64,000 nt of DNA from Octopus vulgaris (lineage: Eukaryota). The DNA lies in contig OX597822.1 in NCBI GenBank assembly GCA_951406725.2, positions 27,590,001 through 27,654,000 of the forward strand. Direction: 5' to 3'. Positions 1 through 13,023 of the stretch are shown one piece after another (position 1 is the stretch's first letter; every line of letters begins with the position of its first letter). Both the position numbers and the translations under genes were made by a program. Below the pieces are notes generated by a model. It did no database searches and had not been told where the DNA came from. It saw nothing but the letters and a program-made list of their open reading frames with translations.

Positions 1-882
1 TTAAAAATCGCCCTTAGCAAGATCTCGGCTGCATAGTTGTTCAGAATAGTCAACTATTTTAAAACCCGATGATAGGGTAGGTATGGTCCAATTACTGTTG
101 TCGGTAACGTACTGCCTAGTTGTGGGCACGCGATTTAAGGTCATTTTTATGTATAATGTTTCTGTATTGTTGTACAGTAGGAGTGATGCTTGCCATTGTT
201 TAGGACTGGTGCTGCACCTTGGAAATATATTATCTTTTGTTTTGTAATTTAAGACATCTATAAACCGAAACGTTTAAAAGAGCTAATCAATGCCTTTGTG
301 TTTGTCCATGCCAGTTCATATTGTGGTATATAGCAAGTCTCGTACCTCTGTAAAAACCAGCATTAGAGGAATCTTGATTTACGCTTTAATAAAAATGAAA
401 TTCCAAACATAAAATGTGTTCATGTCGTAGTAGGTTTTGAACTACAACGTATCAGAACAAGAAATTGAAGTTGTAATCCTTGTTAAGTTTTTACTTCTAC
501 TCTCAGATTAAATATACACTCCATACCCTACCAAGAAAGTTGTTTTATTGTGTAAAATATGTTACACATAGAGTAACAAAAATGTTCGACCCACAAAAAC
601 AAAATTTCTCCACTTACTCAAATCAAGAATTGGAGATATGTAGTAAGATATGATCTTTTCCAGATCTAATTACTCTTATTCAGAATCACCTTATCCGTAT
701 TAAAGAAATGAAATTGCAATCTGCCATTATAGATCTACAATATCTTTCTGATAGTTAGAGTATTATTATGATCAACGTATACAAGCATAACTACATACAT
801 ATGCAAATATATGCAAACATATATGTATATTAGATATATTTATATATATATACACAAACACAGATCACACAAACACACACCT

Positions 883-1073
883 CTTCTACTCTTTTACTTG
901 TTTCAGTCATTTCACTATGGATTTATTCTTTGTAAGCCTAGTACTTATTCTATCGGCCACTTTTGCCGAACCGCTAAGTTACAGGGTCGTAAACACACCA
1001 GCATCGGTTGTCAAGCGATGTTGGGGGACAAACACAGACACACACACATATACACATACATATATATATATAC

Positions 1074-1123
<50 letters not shown>

Positions 1124-1294
1124 GTACATATATTCGACAGGCTTCTTTCAGTTTCCGTCCAAATCCACTCACAAGGCTTTGGTCGGCTCGATGCTATAGT
1201 AGAGGACACTTGCCCAAGGTTCCACGCAATGGGACTAAACCCGGGACCACGTGTTTCGTAAGCAAGCTACTTACCACACAGCCACTCCTACGCC
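883..1294 (-). mobile_element. tRNA-derived SINE, family A (resembles octopus OK-type SINE), with internal (CA)/(TA) microsatellite
   Basis: Reverse complement matches the + strand copies at 17986 and 53329: head GGAGTGGCTGTGTGGTAAGTAGCTTGC and tail GACTGAAACAAGTAAAAGAGTA. Confidence 0.85.
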
Positions 1295-1309
1295 TACATC
1301 TACGTATGC

Positions 1310-1342
<33 letters not shown>

Positions 1343-1914
1343 TGTATGTATGTATGTATGTATGTATGTATGCATGTATGTATGTATGTATGTATGTATG
1401 AATGCGGGAGTACGTACGTACGTACGTACGAAAGTTCCGGATCTGTGAGTATTTTTCTAGAATCTCTGTATGCATGTGATAGTATGTGTTTATTACTGTA
1501 TGTATGTGTATCTGTGATGATAAGCAGAAAAAAAAGAAAGAAAAGAAATATAGAAACAACAGCGAAAATGAAAGAGAGAGAGAGAGAGAGGGAGAGTGCA
1601 TAATGTGAGAATGAATGTGGAAAGTACGAAATCATTTGCCTCGTGATCGTGATGTTACGCAGCCTCCGGTTTTACCAGCCTCATATTTGTTTTCTTGTTC
1701 TCTTTTTATTATCCAACTGCAGTGCAAGGTGGATTATTTCTGTTCCCCTATCTACCTGATTTTTTTTTTATGAGTGGGTGTTATGCTTTTTTCCTTCTCT
1801 CTTTCTTTCTCTCTCTTTCTTGTTTTCTCTTTCTCTCTCTCTCTCTCTCACTCACTCTCTCTATTACCAGCAAACAGCGGATGATGAAAATCGAGAGAAG
1901 TAAAACAAAAACAA

Positions 1915-1946
1915 ATTAATAATAATAATATCAGGACAATAACAAC

Positions 1947-2045
<99 letters not shown>

Positions 2046-2110
2046 TAATAATATTAATAATAATATAATAATAATAATAATAATAATAATATAATAATAA
2101 TAATAATATG

Positions 2111-2185
<75 letters not shown>

Positions 2186-2340
2186 TTAAGAAGATGATAA
2201 TGATGATGATGATGACGACGACGACGACGACGACGACGACGAAGAAGAAGAAGAAGAAGAAGAAGAAGAAGAAGAAGAAGAAGAAGAAGAAGAAGAAGAA
2301 GAAGAAGAAGAAGAAGAAGAAGAAGAAGAAGAAGAATGAT
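1915..2340. repeat. Compound trinucleotide microsatellite (AAT)n-(GAT)n-(GAC)n-(GAA)n
   Basis: Directly visible. Confidence 0.95.
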
Positions 2341-3392
2341 TATTATTGTTGTTTTTGTTATTATTTCAAGATTTCTGTTATCCTTTAGCAGTAAATTGTA
2401 AACATGCCGAAGATTCGGAAAGAAGCGTAGGTGGTCCTCATCGGCAAATGTAATTTCGCAGAGTTTGTATCTACGTAAGCCTTGAGCGGAACAGAATATT
2501 GTGTTTTCCAAGCTAACCGTTCATGACCTTTTTCTTTAGTGGAAATCCAGCCCCGAAACCTCAGCAGTTTATTCTGCCTCCCAACGTGAGAGCTTTGCAA
2601 AATTTATGAACTTTACAAACTATATTATCTCCCGGCACTTTTCCCCTCTATTTCTTTCACTAGCAGTGCCATGGACAGTTTTCATGACTTGCAAAAATAA
2701 ATTTTTCGCGGAAATAGTAAAGTATGTGTATTTTTTTGTTGATAGAAGTTTTGTTTTACTTCAACGTTATACATAATAGACATATGACAAAAGATACTTC
2801 GTTTGTAACGATACTTCCTTTTTGCTTATTAAGTTCTGTATTATCTAATAACTTTTCGTTTTTGAATACATTAGCTTGTGATTTCAAGAAAATTTGGTTA
2901 CTGCTTCTAGTGTATAAAAATACCTCCAAAGATCAAATGTTTCGATCACATGCAAAAAATAAAATAAAAATAGGCTAGCGGAAAATATGTAGAGGTTAAT
3001 CTATTTAATATGCAAGTGACACAAAAGTGAGTTCTGCTGTACGAATCTTTGAAACAGATGGATTACAGCGATTTAGAAAACAAGCAGAAAGGCTTAAGTG
3101 TACAGCAGAACAAACTGAAGTGTAACATCCGAAGTGAAAGGATCACAAAAGCAAGAAGGAACGAAGAAAGGTGTACTTGTAAAGGATGAAATTAGGAGAC
3201 TACTAATTACCTATCGTTAATACTACCAATACAAAGGCAGTACACTCCTCGTTTATGCTTTGTGAATTAGGAGAGGTTTGCAGGCATATCAGGATGACAC
3301 AGAATCATTTCGGGTATATAAATTGCAATATGAACCTGCCGTTGATATTGGATGATGCCATGCACAGTTATATATATATATATGTATATATA

Positions 3393-3512
3393 CAGGGTGA
3401 TTCAAAAGTTACCATACATAGGAAATATTTATTTTTTCATAAAACAGTTAAAAATTGCTTCTTATAAAAAAAATGAATTGTTCTTATGTATGGCGACTTT
3501 TGAATAACCATG
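3393..3512. mobile_element. 120-bp Tc1/mariner-type MITE
   Basis: Imperfect 28-bp TIRs CAGGGTGATTCAAAAGTTACCATACATA / TATGTATGGCGACTTTTGAATAACCATG, with TA on both flanks. Confidence 0.75.
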
Positions 3513-3556
3513 TATGTATATATATATATATATGCGTGTGTGTGTGTGTATGTGTT

Positions 3557-3587
<31 letters not shown>

Positions 3588-3656
3588 GTATGTGTGTGTG
3601 TGTGTGTGTGTATGTATGTGTATATGTATATATATATGTATATGCATATATATATA

Positions 3657-3691
<35 letters not shown>

Positions 3692-3692
3692 A

Positions 3693-3746
<54 letters not shown>

Positions 3747-6700
3747 GAGAGAGAGGGAGGGAGAGAGGGGATAAGAAATGGAGCAAAAGTTAAATACCAA
3801 AGAGTCACTTCTTATTTTTAATTATTGCTCCATTTCTAATCGTCTCTTTGTATATTAAATCGCGGTTTTACCTTTAAATCACCTACTACCGTATACCTTA
3901 TTATGAAGACCGGACATAATGAGGTAATACACCAGGAGTGCCTACAGATACATCTATCCCTCAGATGGTTGCATAACCTCTAACTTAATATTTTACACAC
4001 ACACACACACTGACACACACATATATATATATATGTATGAATATATATATATATATATATAAATACACACAAACACACACACACACACACATATATATAT
4101 AGCTCTGTATATGTGTGTGTTGTACATATATATATTAGAAATCGTGAAGTGACAAGTCATTGACCTGCTAAACTTAGCAACCGAATTACGTACAAATGTG
4201 GTAAAAGATAAAGCACCTGTATGATACGCTCCTTGGAAAAATACATCTCAATTATGTCGTGGTCGAATTTGTAGAATCAGAACAACACTAACATCATCAG
4301 TAAAGACTTTCAAACAGATCTCAGCATCAATAGGTTATACCTGTATTCATGTGTAACACGGCTTTAAAAGTCACTAAGATATTTATATGAAAACGATATC
4401 CTTCTTCCATCTCATTCCATTTAACGTTTTACTTTCCTGGTTGTGCGTGTAAAAAAGTGTTTATACTTGTGCTTCTTTTGCTATACTTCTCTATGTATAC
4501 ATAAAACAGCTGCCTCTGTCGTTGATGTGGATAAAGTTTTACCCCAATCACTCCCTCACGGGTGTCGCTGCCTTAACCAAGGAAAGGGTTTCGTAAAGGA
4601 ACGCTTTAAGGACAGTGATATTTTCGGGAAAAGATTGTCGATAATTTTTCACCTGTTCAAGTTATTTTATTTAATGAATTAATCAATTGATATTTTGTAA
4701 TCCTATTTCAATTGTACATTCAAAGAATGCCCCTCTACACTACATTGGATAGCTAATTGAATACACAGTACATAAATATTATTTTACATTTAAGAACTCT
4801 TTTCCTCCATAGACAGACCGAAGGCCGTGATTATGATAACATTTTCATTTCAACAACATGATATTTCGATACGGACGCTTCTCCATTTACACATCATGTC
4901 TGGTATGATATTTCCAGCAAAGTCAATTATCGCGAAGAAAATTTGTTTCGGAATTTGTCTCAGGAAAAACTATCCTTGAAACGTGAGAGTTCCCCTTTCT
5001 CCTACCATCCTACACCATGCGACCTTACTAATTTCATAGGTTTTTACATCCGTTCTCAATTTGTGTCTCGTATTCGTTTCTTCCTTGATAAAGTTATGTT
5101 ATTTTTAATATGGCTTCTAAAGTTTCGCATTTCTATCTCGAATCCATTATTTTTAATCTGTGTTAAATTGGAAGGTCATAGAAAGATCATGTTATGTCAT
5201 GACGTTTTTTCTACATTGACACTGGCAACAATGTATATATCTGAACTGTCATTTAGTTTTCTGTTCAATTTAAATACTAAGAATAATTTGACAGGTGGAC
5301 ATTTCACGAGATCGTACTATATTTACGTTAACCTTAATTTATTCCGTTATTAAATATTTTGTCGATAAAACCTGTCTGTTAAACATCAGTTCACACCCTG
5401 AGAACTCTCAGGTAAAGTTTGTGTTTCAGTGTATTTATTATTTTCCTCACTAATGATACCCTGCAGTTATCATTGTTGATTAGTTCAAAGTGAGTCCAGA
5501 TGGTGCAGACACGGGATCGAAGATATTCTAAACTATGACTATCCCGGTTTTTTTTTTTTTTCAGAAATAATACGTTAAATGATATAAACTTTTGGAAAAA
5601 GAGAGGCCAATGATTTGGTGAATATTTGACTGCTATTCTTAAAACATTTAGTGATCATGGAGAGGCATCTCACGTAGGTTCCAGCTATAGATTGTAGGAT
5701 CATATAAATATTAAGTTTTATCTCAAAGATGCCATGTCTCGTATACTGTCACCTTCCATGTGATAAAACCATGATTAAAATATGTTCGCAGCGCCTACAA
5801 GCTTGTTCGAAATACTAGAAACAGCAGCCACATTTCACTTGAATTATACTCTTCCGTTTTAGAATTGTGACCCATAACACTATGTTATAATGTATATTGG
5901 ATACACGATGTCTGTGATAACAAAAAGTTATGTATTTTTGTGCTTTCATCACAGGTGTGTCCAATTAGGAATGACCTGTCACCAGGCAACAGCATCTCTC
6001 GAAAAGTTTCATTAAACCTAATTTGTAAGGCAGAATCGCTGATGCTCGAGCATGAGTCGGACTGTGATGGTTAAAACAAAAACAACTGTACAATCGCTGA
6101 ATGCTAAATTTATCACGCAATGTTACAACACCTTGAAGTATGAAATTCAGCATGTACAATGTACGTTAGAGAGGGATGGGTTTCACCCGACTGAGTTTCT
6201 CCTAGATACATTACATGACAACACTTCGTAGGTTTTGTCTGAGCCATTAAGAGATTTATACTTCAATTAAGATGCCGTATCTTTCTAGAATGAAGTATTG
6301 AATAGTTAATGAAGTGTCACTCTAACGTACGCTTTTTTGTTGTTATTAATATATTTTTAAAGTATAAGAGTAACGTTGATTCTATCTTAAGCACAAGAAC
6401 AAAACTCGTATTGATTGAGGTCCATTATAATAATGGTACTCATTTTATAAGCAGATGAAATAGGGAAAATAAAGTCAGCGATGTTGTGTTTTTGGATTTG
6501 GTTTGTAAGATTTTTTGTGTGGGTTCGCGCATACTTACATAAATACATACATAGATGTGTATGCGCGCAGACACACTGAACCGCACACATGCGCACAAAC
6601 AAACAAAAAGAGCGGAGATCGGATAACGGACAGAGTCAACGACTATTGGAAAGTTTGGAAGATGCAATGAAAATTTTAGGAAAAATAAATAAGTAAATAA

Positions 6701-6771
6701 GGCACTAAAAGAGCTGACTCTCCCAAGACACAACAATATATATATACACAACAATATATATATGTGTGTGT

Positions 6772-6811
<40 letters not shown>

Positions 6812-6848
6812 CTTTATTCAGTTTATTTAATAGTTTCTTGCCAATAGA

Positions 6849-6897
6849 GAAAGAACCGGTTTCCAACCTAGATCCAAGGTTCCTTCGTTAGAATTTC
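6849..6897 (-). ncRNA. Degenerate type I hammerhead-like motif
   Basis: Minus strand reads CTAACGA-agg-AACCT-tggatct-AGGTT-g-GAAAC-cg-GTT. Stem III is the palindrome AACCGGTT; the core carries G5A. Confidence 0.4.
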
Positions 6898-7094
6898 AAC
6901 ATCAACATCATGGTATTTTTGTTTGTTTTGAATGTATGTATGTATGTATGTATGTATGTATGTATGTATGTATGTATGTATGTATGTATGTATGTATATA
7001 TGCATGCATGTATGCATGATGTATATCCAGATTTGCATGTTTTATGTGTGTATTCTCATGCGTATAGTTACATATCTAGACATGCTCATGTATA

Positions 7095-7312
7095 TTTAAA
7101 TAATAAACTTCTCGAAAGTCTTATAGATTTTTAGTTCCAATGATTGATTGGATCTGTAGACTTCGAATTAGCTTTCTCCTTTCTGATTTTGAGAAGCCTA
7201 ATTTCTCAAGATTGGTATTTAGGCAGGCTTTTACATATCCCCGGACCCCAATAATTACAAGTATAAACCTGAAATTGTAATCTGGATAGATTATCTCCAT
7301 CCTGGAGTTTCT
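7095..7312 (-). mobile_element. 3' fragment of an RLE-type (R4/Dong-like) non-LTR retrotransposon
   Basis: Translation YPDYNFRFILVIIGVRGYVKACLNTNLEKLGFSKSERRKLIRSLQIQSIIGT is homologous to the C-terminus at 27990-28170. Confidence 0.65.
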
Positions 7313-7332
7313 GCATGTATGTATACATGTGC

Positions 7333-7366
<34 letters not shown>

Positions 7367-7369
<3 letters not shown>

Positions 7370-7570
7370 ACCGCGTGTGTACCGTTGGCGATTTTTTCCT
7401 CTGTCTTCCATTCTCTGGATGTTTCCTTCTCCTATATTTCTGACGAAGAGTTCCGCTCGAAACGTTAAACCCCCTTCTTTCCTTCTTTCCTGAGCGTCCA
7501 GTAATACTATATTTGTTCCACGTCCTCGCGTTGTTGTGTTTTCTCTTTGTGTTTTCATGTTTGGATTAAC
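7367..7570 (+). mobile_element. Short non-coding repeat carrying a minimal hammerhead (7437-7469); first ~60 bp repeated at 8561-8625
   Basis: ttt-CTGACGA-a-GAGT-tcc-GCTC-GAAAC-GTT-aaa. Related copies lie at 34135-34340 (+), 35460-35640 (-) and 35790-35920 (-). Confidence 0.65.
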
Positions 7571-7572
7571 TA

Positions 7573-7605
<33 letters not shown>

Positions 7606-8200
7606 GTCTTGCTACTTATGTGCTCTCTCAACGAGATACCAAGCATTGACCTTTCCATGGCTCTTTGAGCCGTTACCAGTCTTTGCTCTTCTCTCTTTGT
7701 GGTAGCCCATGTTTCACTACCATATAACATTGCAGGCAGAACTGCACTGTTAATGAGGTTGGCGCGGGTGGTCCTGTCCAACCTTCCCTTGAGCACATCC
7801 CTTATGCCATTGAACGCCTTCCATCCGGCTCTTACTCTCCGTGAGATCTCCTTTTTGATATCCCGGCACATATTTACTTCCTGTCCAAGATCATCAGAAA
7901 GAAGTCCGGCGTGAGAGATGTCATCGCAGAGTATACACGCAGCAAGTATAGATGGGCTGGACACGTCGCCCGGCTCACCGATAATCGGTGGACGCACGCG
8001 GTTGTCGAGTGGTACCCGCGTGAACGGAAAAGACCACCCGGAAGACCTCCACGACGGTGGAATTACGATTTCAGGAGGACGATTGGGATCACGTGGATGA
8101 GAAAGGCGCGATCCAGAGAGGAGTGGACAGCGTTCTGTGACCAGCGGTGTCAAATGGACGCCTGACGGACTGGTCGGTCAAAGTGATCAAAGTGAAGTGA
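7606..8200 (+). mobile_element. RTE-clade LINE 3' fragment with inverted 5' part (7606-7890 on -, 7890-8200 on +)
   Basis: Motifs LGQEV..LPAMLYGSETW..QRAMERSMLGISL (-) and KYRWAGHVAR..GRPPRRW (+). Tandem tail (TCAAAGTGA)2; (TA)n flanks. Confidence 0.9.
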
Positions 8201-8483
8201 TATATATATGTATACATATATAGAAGTGCTGAGATCAGAACACATGATATTATGTATACATATATATGTGTGTGTATGTACTTGTGTGTGTGTGTGGGGG
8301 GGTATGTATATAAGCATATATTATATACACACCCACGTATATGTGTTTATGTGTGCATGTGTGTTGCAAAAGCCAGTTTACTATCACGTGTCTAGATATC
8401 CGAGGCATTTGGGTGCGGTACATCTCGTAATCATATTCAGCACTTGCATATATGTACACACGCACAATATGTGTGTGTGCATG

Positions 8484-8546
<63 letters not shown>

Positions 8547-9569
8547 GGGTGTGTGTGTGTGTGACCGCGTGTGTACCGTTGGCGATTTTTTCCTCTGTCT
8601 TCCCTTCTCTCGATCTTTCCTTCTCACACACGCACGCACACCCACACAGGCATATATATGTGTGTGTGTGTGTATATGTATGTGTGTATGTTTGAATGTA
8701 TGTATGCCAGACTATATGCTCATCCGCCATAATAGTACATTGAGATTTTCGGCATACTTATCTCTTTGAACATAAATTTCAGTCAGTTTGCATAATGGCA
8801 AGAGGGTTAGAAAAAAAAAGATAAATATGTGTTTAAAGTAAAACAAAATAAAATAATAGATACAATAACACTAATGAGATATTTTTTCAACAAGCTATCT
8901 TGTGTATTAATAGAATTTTTTTTTGGCGTGTGTGTGTGTATGGGGCATGATTGAAATGAATTAAAATGAATATAATCGGCCGTGACGTCAAACGTCTTAT
9001 TCGATGAAATAGTTCAACGTTACTGGCGGCTGATGAAAATGTAATGTTTTTATGACGTAACTGAAGTTGAAGTAATCACAGTTTATATATTTATTTGCTT
9101 ATTTATATATTTCAGTTACTATTCATTGTACGCTCGGTCTAAATCTCGCTTTTATGAAGCATCGCGGTAGATAGGTAAACTCGGTATGTATTTATAGTCG
9201 ATGTCAGATAATTTTTTTTTTATTACAACCCGTTATCTATGAGTTCTCTATGCTGTTGCTTACGCACGAGGTTAAGATTATTTTTTACTATAATGCGTGC
9301 TTGTGTGCGTGTGCGTGTGTTGTGCGTATGTTGTGTGTGTGTATGCGCACGTATATATGAATAACAATATATTTATACAAGCGTACATACATATACATAT
9401 ACACACGCACTCACACACACTCACAAACACACACATATATGTGTGTGTATGTATCTACGTTATCTCTCTCACACGGTCTCTCTCATTTTCTCTTTCTTTC
9501 TTTCTGTCTATCTGTCTCAGTCTGTTTCCTCTTTATCCGTCTCTGTCTGTCTCTGTCTTACTTGCCCTG

Positions 9570-9615
<46 letters not shown>

Positions 9616-9677
9616 TTTGTAAAAAATGAAGTTCGAAAATGCTGCTGTATTATACAATTTTTAATTTTTATATATAC

Positions 9678-9723
9678 ATTATAACATGTTTCAGTTCCTG
9701 AAATGAACCTTATCAAAAAAAGT
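9678..9723 (-). ncRNA. Hammerhead-like motif, U3-A8 core variant, at the PLE 3' end
   Basis: TTGATAA-GGTTC-atttcag-GAACT-GAAAC-at-GTT. Stem III is the palindrome ACATGT; stem I is weak. Confidence 0.55.
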
Positions 9724-10095
9724 TATATATAAAAAGAGACAGCTCATGCCGTCAAACACAAGAAATTCATTTATAATACACAACGGAGTCAGACATCTTA
9801 GAGTTCATGTATAGTTGATATATAGTTCATGTATAGTTGATATATAGTTTGAAGTATATTTCAAAGTGTTCGATGCAGTGGCCCACGGTGGCGATACGTA
9901 TTCAATACAAAAAACAGATCAAAGTGGTGGAAAGCGGTCAATACAGAAGATTGATGTTTCCGAAAGAGCGAGGAATTCAGTTTTACCTTAAGCAATTGTG
10001 ATGACCCATGGTGGAAGTTCGCTGGGTGGTTCTAGTGATTTTTTGTGAAATGCTTGGTTTTATAATGCCTGTTAGGTGGTCAATCTAGCGTAGCG

Positions 10096-10428
10096 TGACG
10101 TCATCAATGTTTTGACCAATCGTTTCGTTAGTTGGCTTTAATCAAGTGGAACGGGACGTCATCATTATTTTGACCAATCGCTGCATTATAACTCCCTCTT
10201 GTTTGTTTCCTGTCTTGACCAGTCGCTTCGTTAGTCAAGCATAGCGGGATGTCATTCAGATTCTGCCCAATCACGACTTATAGCTACATTAGATCTGTCC
10301 CCTGTCTGTACTTGTTAGGTGACTATTCAAGCAGAAAAGGACGTCATCAATATTCTGACTAATGACTGTCCCCTGTTTGTATCCTGTCCATTCTAGCAGA
10401 GCTAGACGTCATCAACTTGTTGACCAAT
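10096..10428 (+). promoter_or_regulatory. Array of CRE/ATF-like GACGTCA + 12 nt + CCAAT modules in the PLE 3' UTR
   Basis: Five modules with identical 12-nt spacing, plus one partial module. Confidence 0.5.
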
Positions 10429-10597
10429 CAGAATCGGGTCTGACCCTTAGCTGTATCGTATGTATCAGGGTCAGATTTGCACGAAAGAATTTTTTTCCCT
10501 TTTTTACTAAGGCATATTTCCGTCAGAGTGAGTGTCTGTTTGAAGTAGCGGCCGTGGTGAAATTTGGTTCTCCTTTTCGGAGGACTTATCTTTTGTT

Positions 10598-11969
10598 TTA
10601 GTATTCCTGGCCCAGGGTGTTTAAACTTGGTCTAAATTTTTTTATGAAATATAGTTCTTTATTTTGGCGTTGTGTGAAGGTTGCGTTGTCACTGAATTTA
10701 TAGAGCGGGTTAGTTGTAAATTTCGGATTTACATTTCCAGCACATCTATCTATGTGTCCGCTGACCGGTATTTTGCGGTAATCAGGGTTTCTAATTTGTG
10801 ATTTATGCACCGCCATCATGTTACGTAAGCTATTTTTTGTATGGCCTATATACTGCCTATTGCAGCCTGCGCATGTTATGACGTAAATTAAGTTTTCTGA
10901 TGCGCAGGTGAAGTTTGTTCTGATGGTGAACTGGTGGCCTTGTTCCAGTATAAATTCTGATCCTTCTTTCAAGATGACACAGATTCCGCAGTTGGGCCTT
11001 CCACATTTTCTAACTGCTGGTTTTGTGGTTGATGTTGAGTGCAGTGTAGCTTGGGTTAAAATCCTTTTCAAGGATTTTGGTTGCCGTTTACTTTTAATGA
11101 TGGTGTGTGTTTCGAGGATCCGGTTCATCTTTGGGTCTCCCTTTAGTAGGGCTGTGCTTTGTAGTATGGTGTTGAAGGCCTCATTGTTGAGTGGGTTGTG
11201 TGTAGAGATGTAGGGAAGGGTTTTTAATTGTTCTTTCTTTTTTGGTTTTGTTTGTCTCAGGTCTTCTATACTTAATTTAAGTACCCGTTGGATTGCACTG
11301 TCTATTAGGGGCTGTGGATAGTTTCTATTTGTGAGTGTGGTTCTAAGTTCCTGGAGACGTGTGTGTCGGGTGTTTGTGTCTGATATTATGGTGCAAATCC
11401 TTCTAGCTAAACAAAAAGGGACATTCATTCTAGTGTGTCGTGGGTGGCATGAATCAAAGGGTAGGTACTGTTTAGAGTCTGTCGGTTTATAGTAGATATC
11501 TGTCTCTATTTTGTTGCCGGTTATCTTAATGAGGATGTCTAAAAATGGTAATTCTTTTTCGTTGTGGTCCATCGTGAATTGTATATTGTCATTTATTCCA
11601 TTTAATAGAATTTTAAATTCCTCAAGTTTCTCTATGCCTTTGTCCCAGATGATGAAACAGTCATCGAGGTATCTTTTCCAGTTGTTATGGATATAGGTGG
11701 CGAAGGTGTTGCCATATTTCTCGAGTGTCATCCGGTATAGTATTTTCTCGAGGTATCCCATCACTAGGTTGGCAAAAGATGGTGCAGTACGCGTGCCCAT
11801 CGCTGTTCCCGATCTTTGCCTGTAGAAATCATTGTCAAAAATAAAATAAATGTTCTCTAAAATGAATCTAAGTCCTTCTATTATAAGGTCTTTGTTTATG
11901 CGAGTTGGGAGTTCAAAGGGGTAGTTATTCAGCCAGAAGGTGATTGCTTCTATTCCTAGGTTGTGAGTG
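10598..11969 (-). CDS. Penelope-like reverse transcriptase + Zn linker + GIY-YIG endonuclease (N-terminus missing)
   Basis: [56 protein letters not shown]. Uninterrupted frame; the listed ORF start lies in microsatellite. Confidence 0.92.
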
Positions 11970-11977
11970 ATATATAC

Positions 11978-12021
<44 letters not shown>

Positions 12022-12162
12022 GTATGTATATGTATATGTATATGTATATATGTATATATATATATATACATACATATATATGTGTGTATGTATGTATATA
12101 TGTATATATATATATATATAAATATATAAATATATACCTATATATATATATATCATATATAA

Positions 12163-12225
<63 letters not shown>

Positions 12226-12442
12226 TCAATTTAGGGTAGCAAAAAAATTCAATAGAAATTTATCGCTACCAACGGCCTAGTGGAAAAGAGAAAATAGTCA
12301 ACGACTAAGTATATAAATATAACAATTTAGGAATGACCTAACAGGTCATTCGTCCACCAGAAAAAGAGCAGCCATAACTCACACCGCCAAGTAGTAGTAA
12401 TTCAGAAATTAGGTGAAAATTCAAAAACATTTACCCTAATTC

Positions 12443-12545
12443 ATCTTTTAGACGTTGCAACGTTTCTGTGTCATTAATGATTAAATTAGCTTAATTAAAT
12501 TAAATTAAGCTAATCTACCATAGGTTACACTTCATCAGTAAAAAC
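12443..12545 (-). ncRNA. Type I hammerhead ribozyme (left-arm copy)
   Basis: Reverse complement of the motif at 13024-13123. Confidence 0.75.
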
Positions 12546-13023
12546 CTGGGAGAGACAAATATACACGAGGCGTCTGTATCGATGCCTAGGGAATATCTGT
12601 CTTAAAATTTTCAAGACTGACGTATTCGCGCCAAACTTATCAGCAGTAAATATAAACTGCCGATTCAATCTCAGAATTATTCAGAAAATTATCAATTAGT
12701 CAATTTAGGTAGCAAAAAAATTCAATAGAAATTTATCGCTACCAACGGCCTAGTATAACAATATAAATTGTTATATTTATATACTTAGTCGTTGACTATT
12801 TTCTCTTTTCCACTAGGCCGTTGGTAGCGATAAATTTCTATTGAATTTTTTTGCTACCCTAAATTGACTAATTGATAATTTTCTGAATAATTCTGAGATT
12901 GAATCGGCAGTTTATATTTACTGCTGATAAGTTTGGCGCGAATACGTCAGTCTTGAAAATTTTAAGACAGATATTCCCTAGGCATCGATACAGACGCCTC
13001 GTGTATATTTGTCTCTCCCAGGT

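Larger units (their letters stand above)
9620..11969 (-). mobile_element. Penelope-like element (Neptune-like), 5'-truncated, including ~1 kb 3' UTR/pLTR
   Basis: RT plus GIY-YIG ORF, (TA)n on both sides, and a hammerhead-like motif at the 3' end. The 3' boundary is approximate. Confidence 0.85.

Noticed and set aside
1864-2511. 215-aa ORF with poly-L/R/H/I/Y
   Set aside because: It is a translation of the compound trinucleotide array.
10096-10428. CRISPR-like repeat-spacer array
   Set aside because: Repeats are degenerate, spacing is irregular, the context is eukaryotic and there are no cas genes.
11970-12229. N-terminal extension of the PLE ORF
   Set aside because: It is microsatellite read-through; homology starts at ~11969.
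12221-12754. Treating the 474-bp unit as the 5' pLTR of the adjacent PLE
   Set aside because: It does not match that element's 3' UTR (9620-10597) and is separated from it by ~250 bp of microsatellite.
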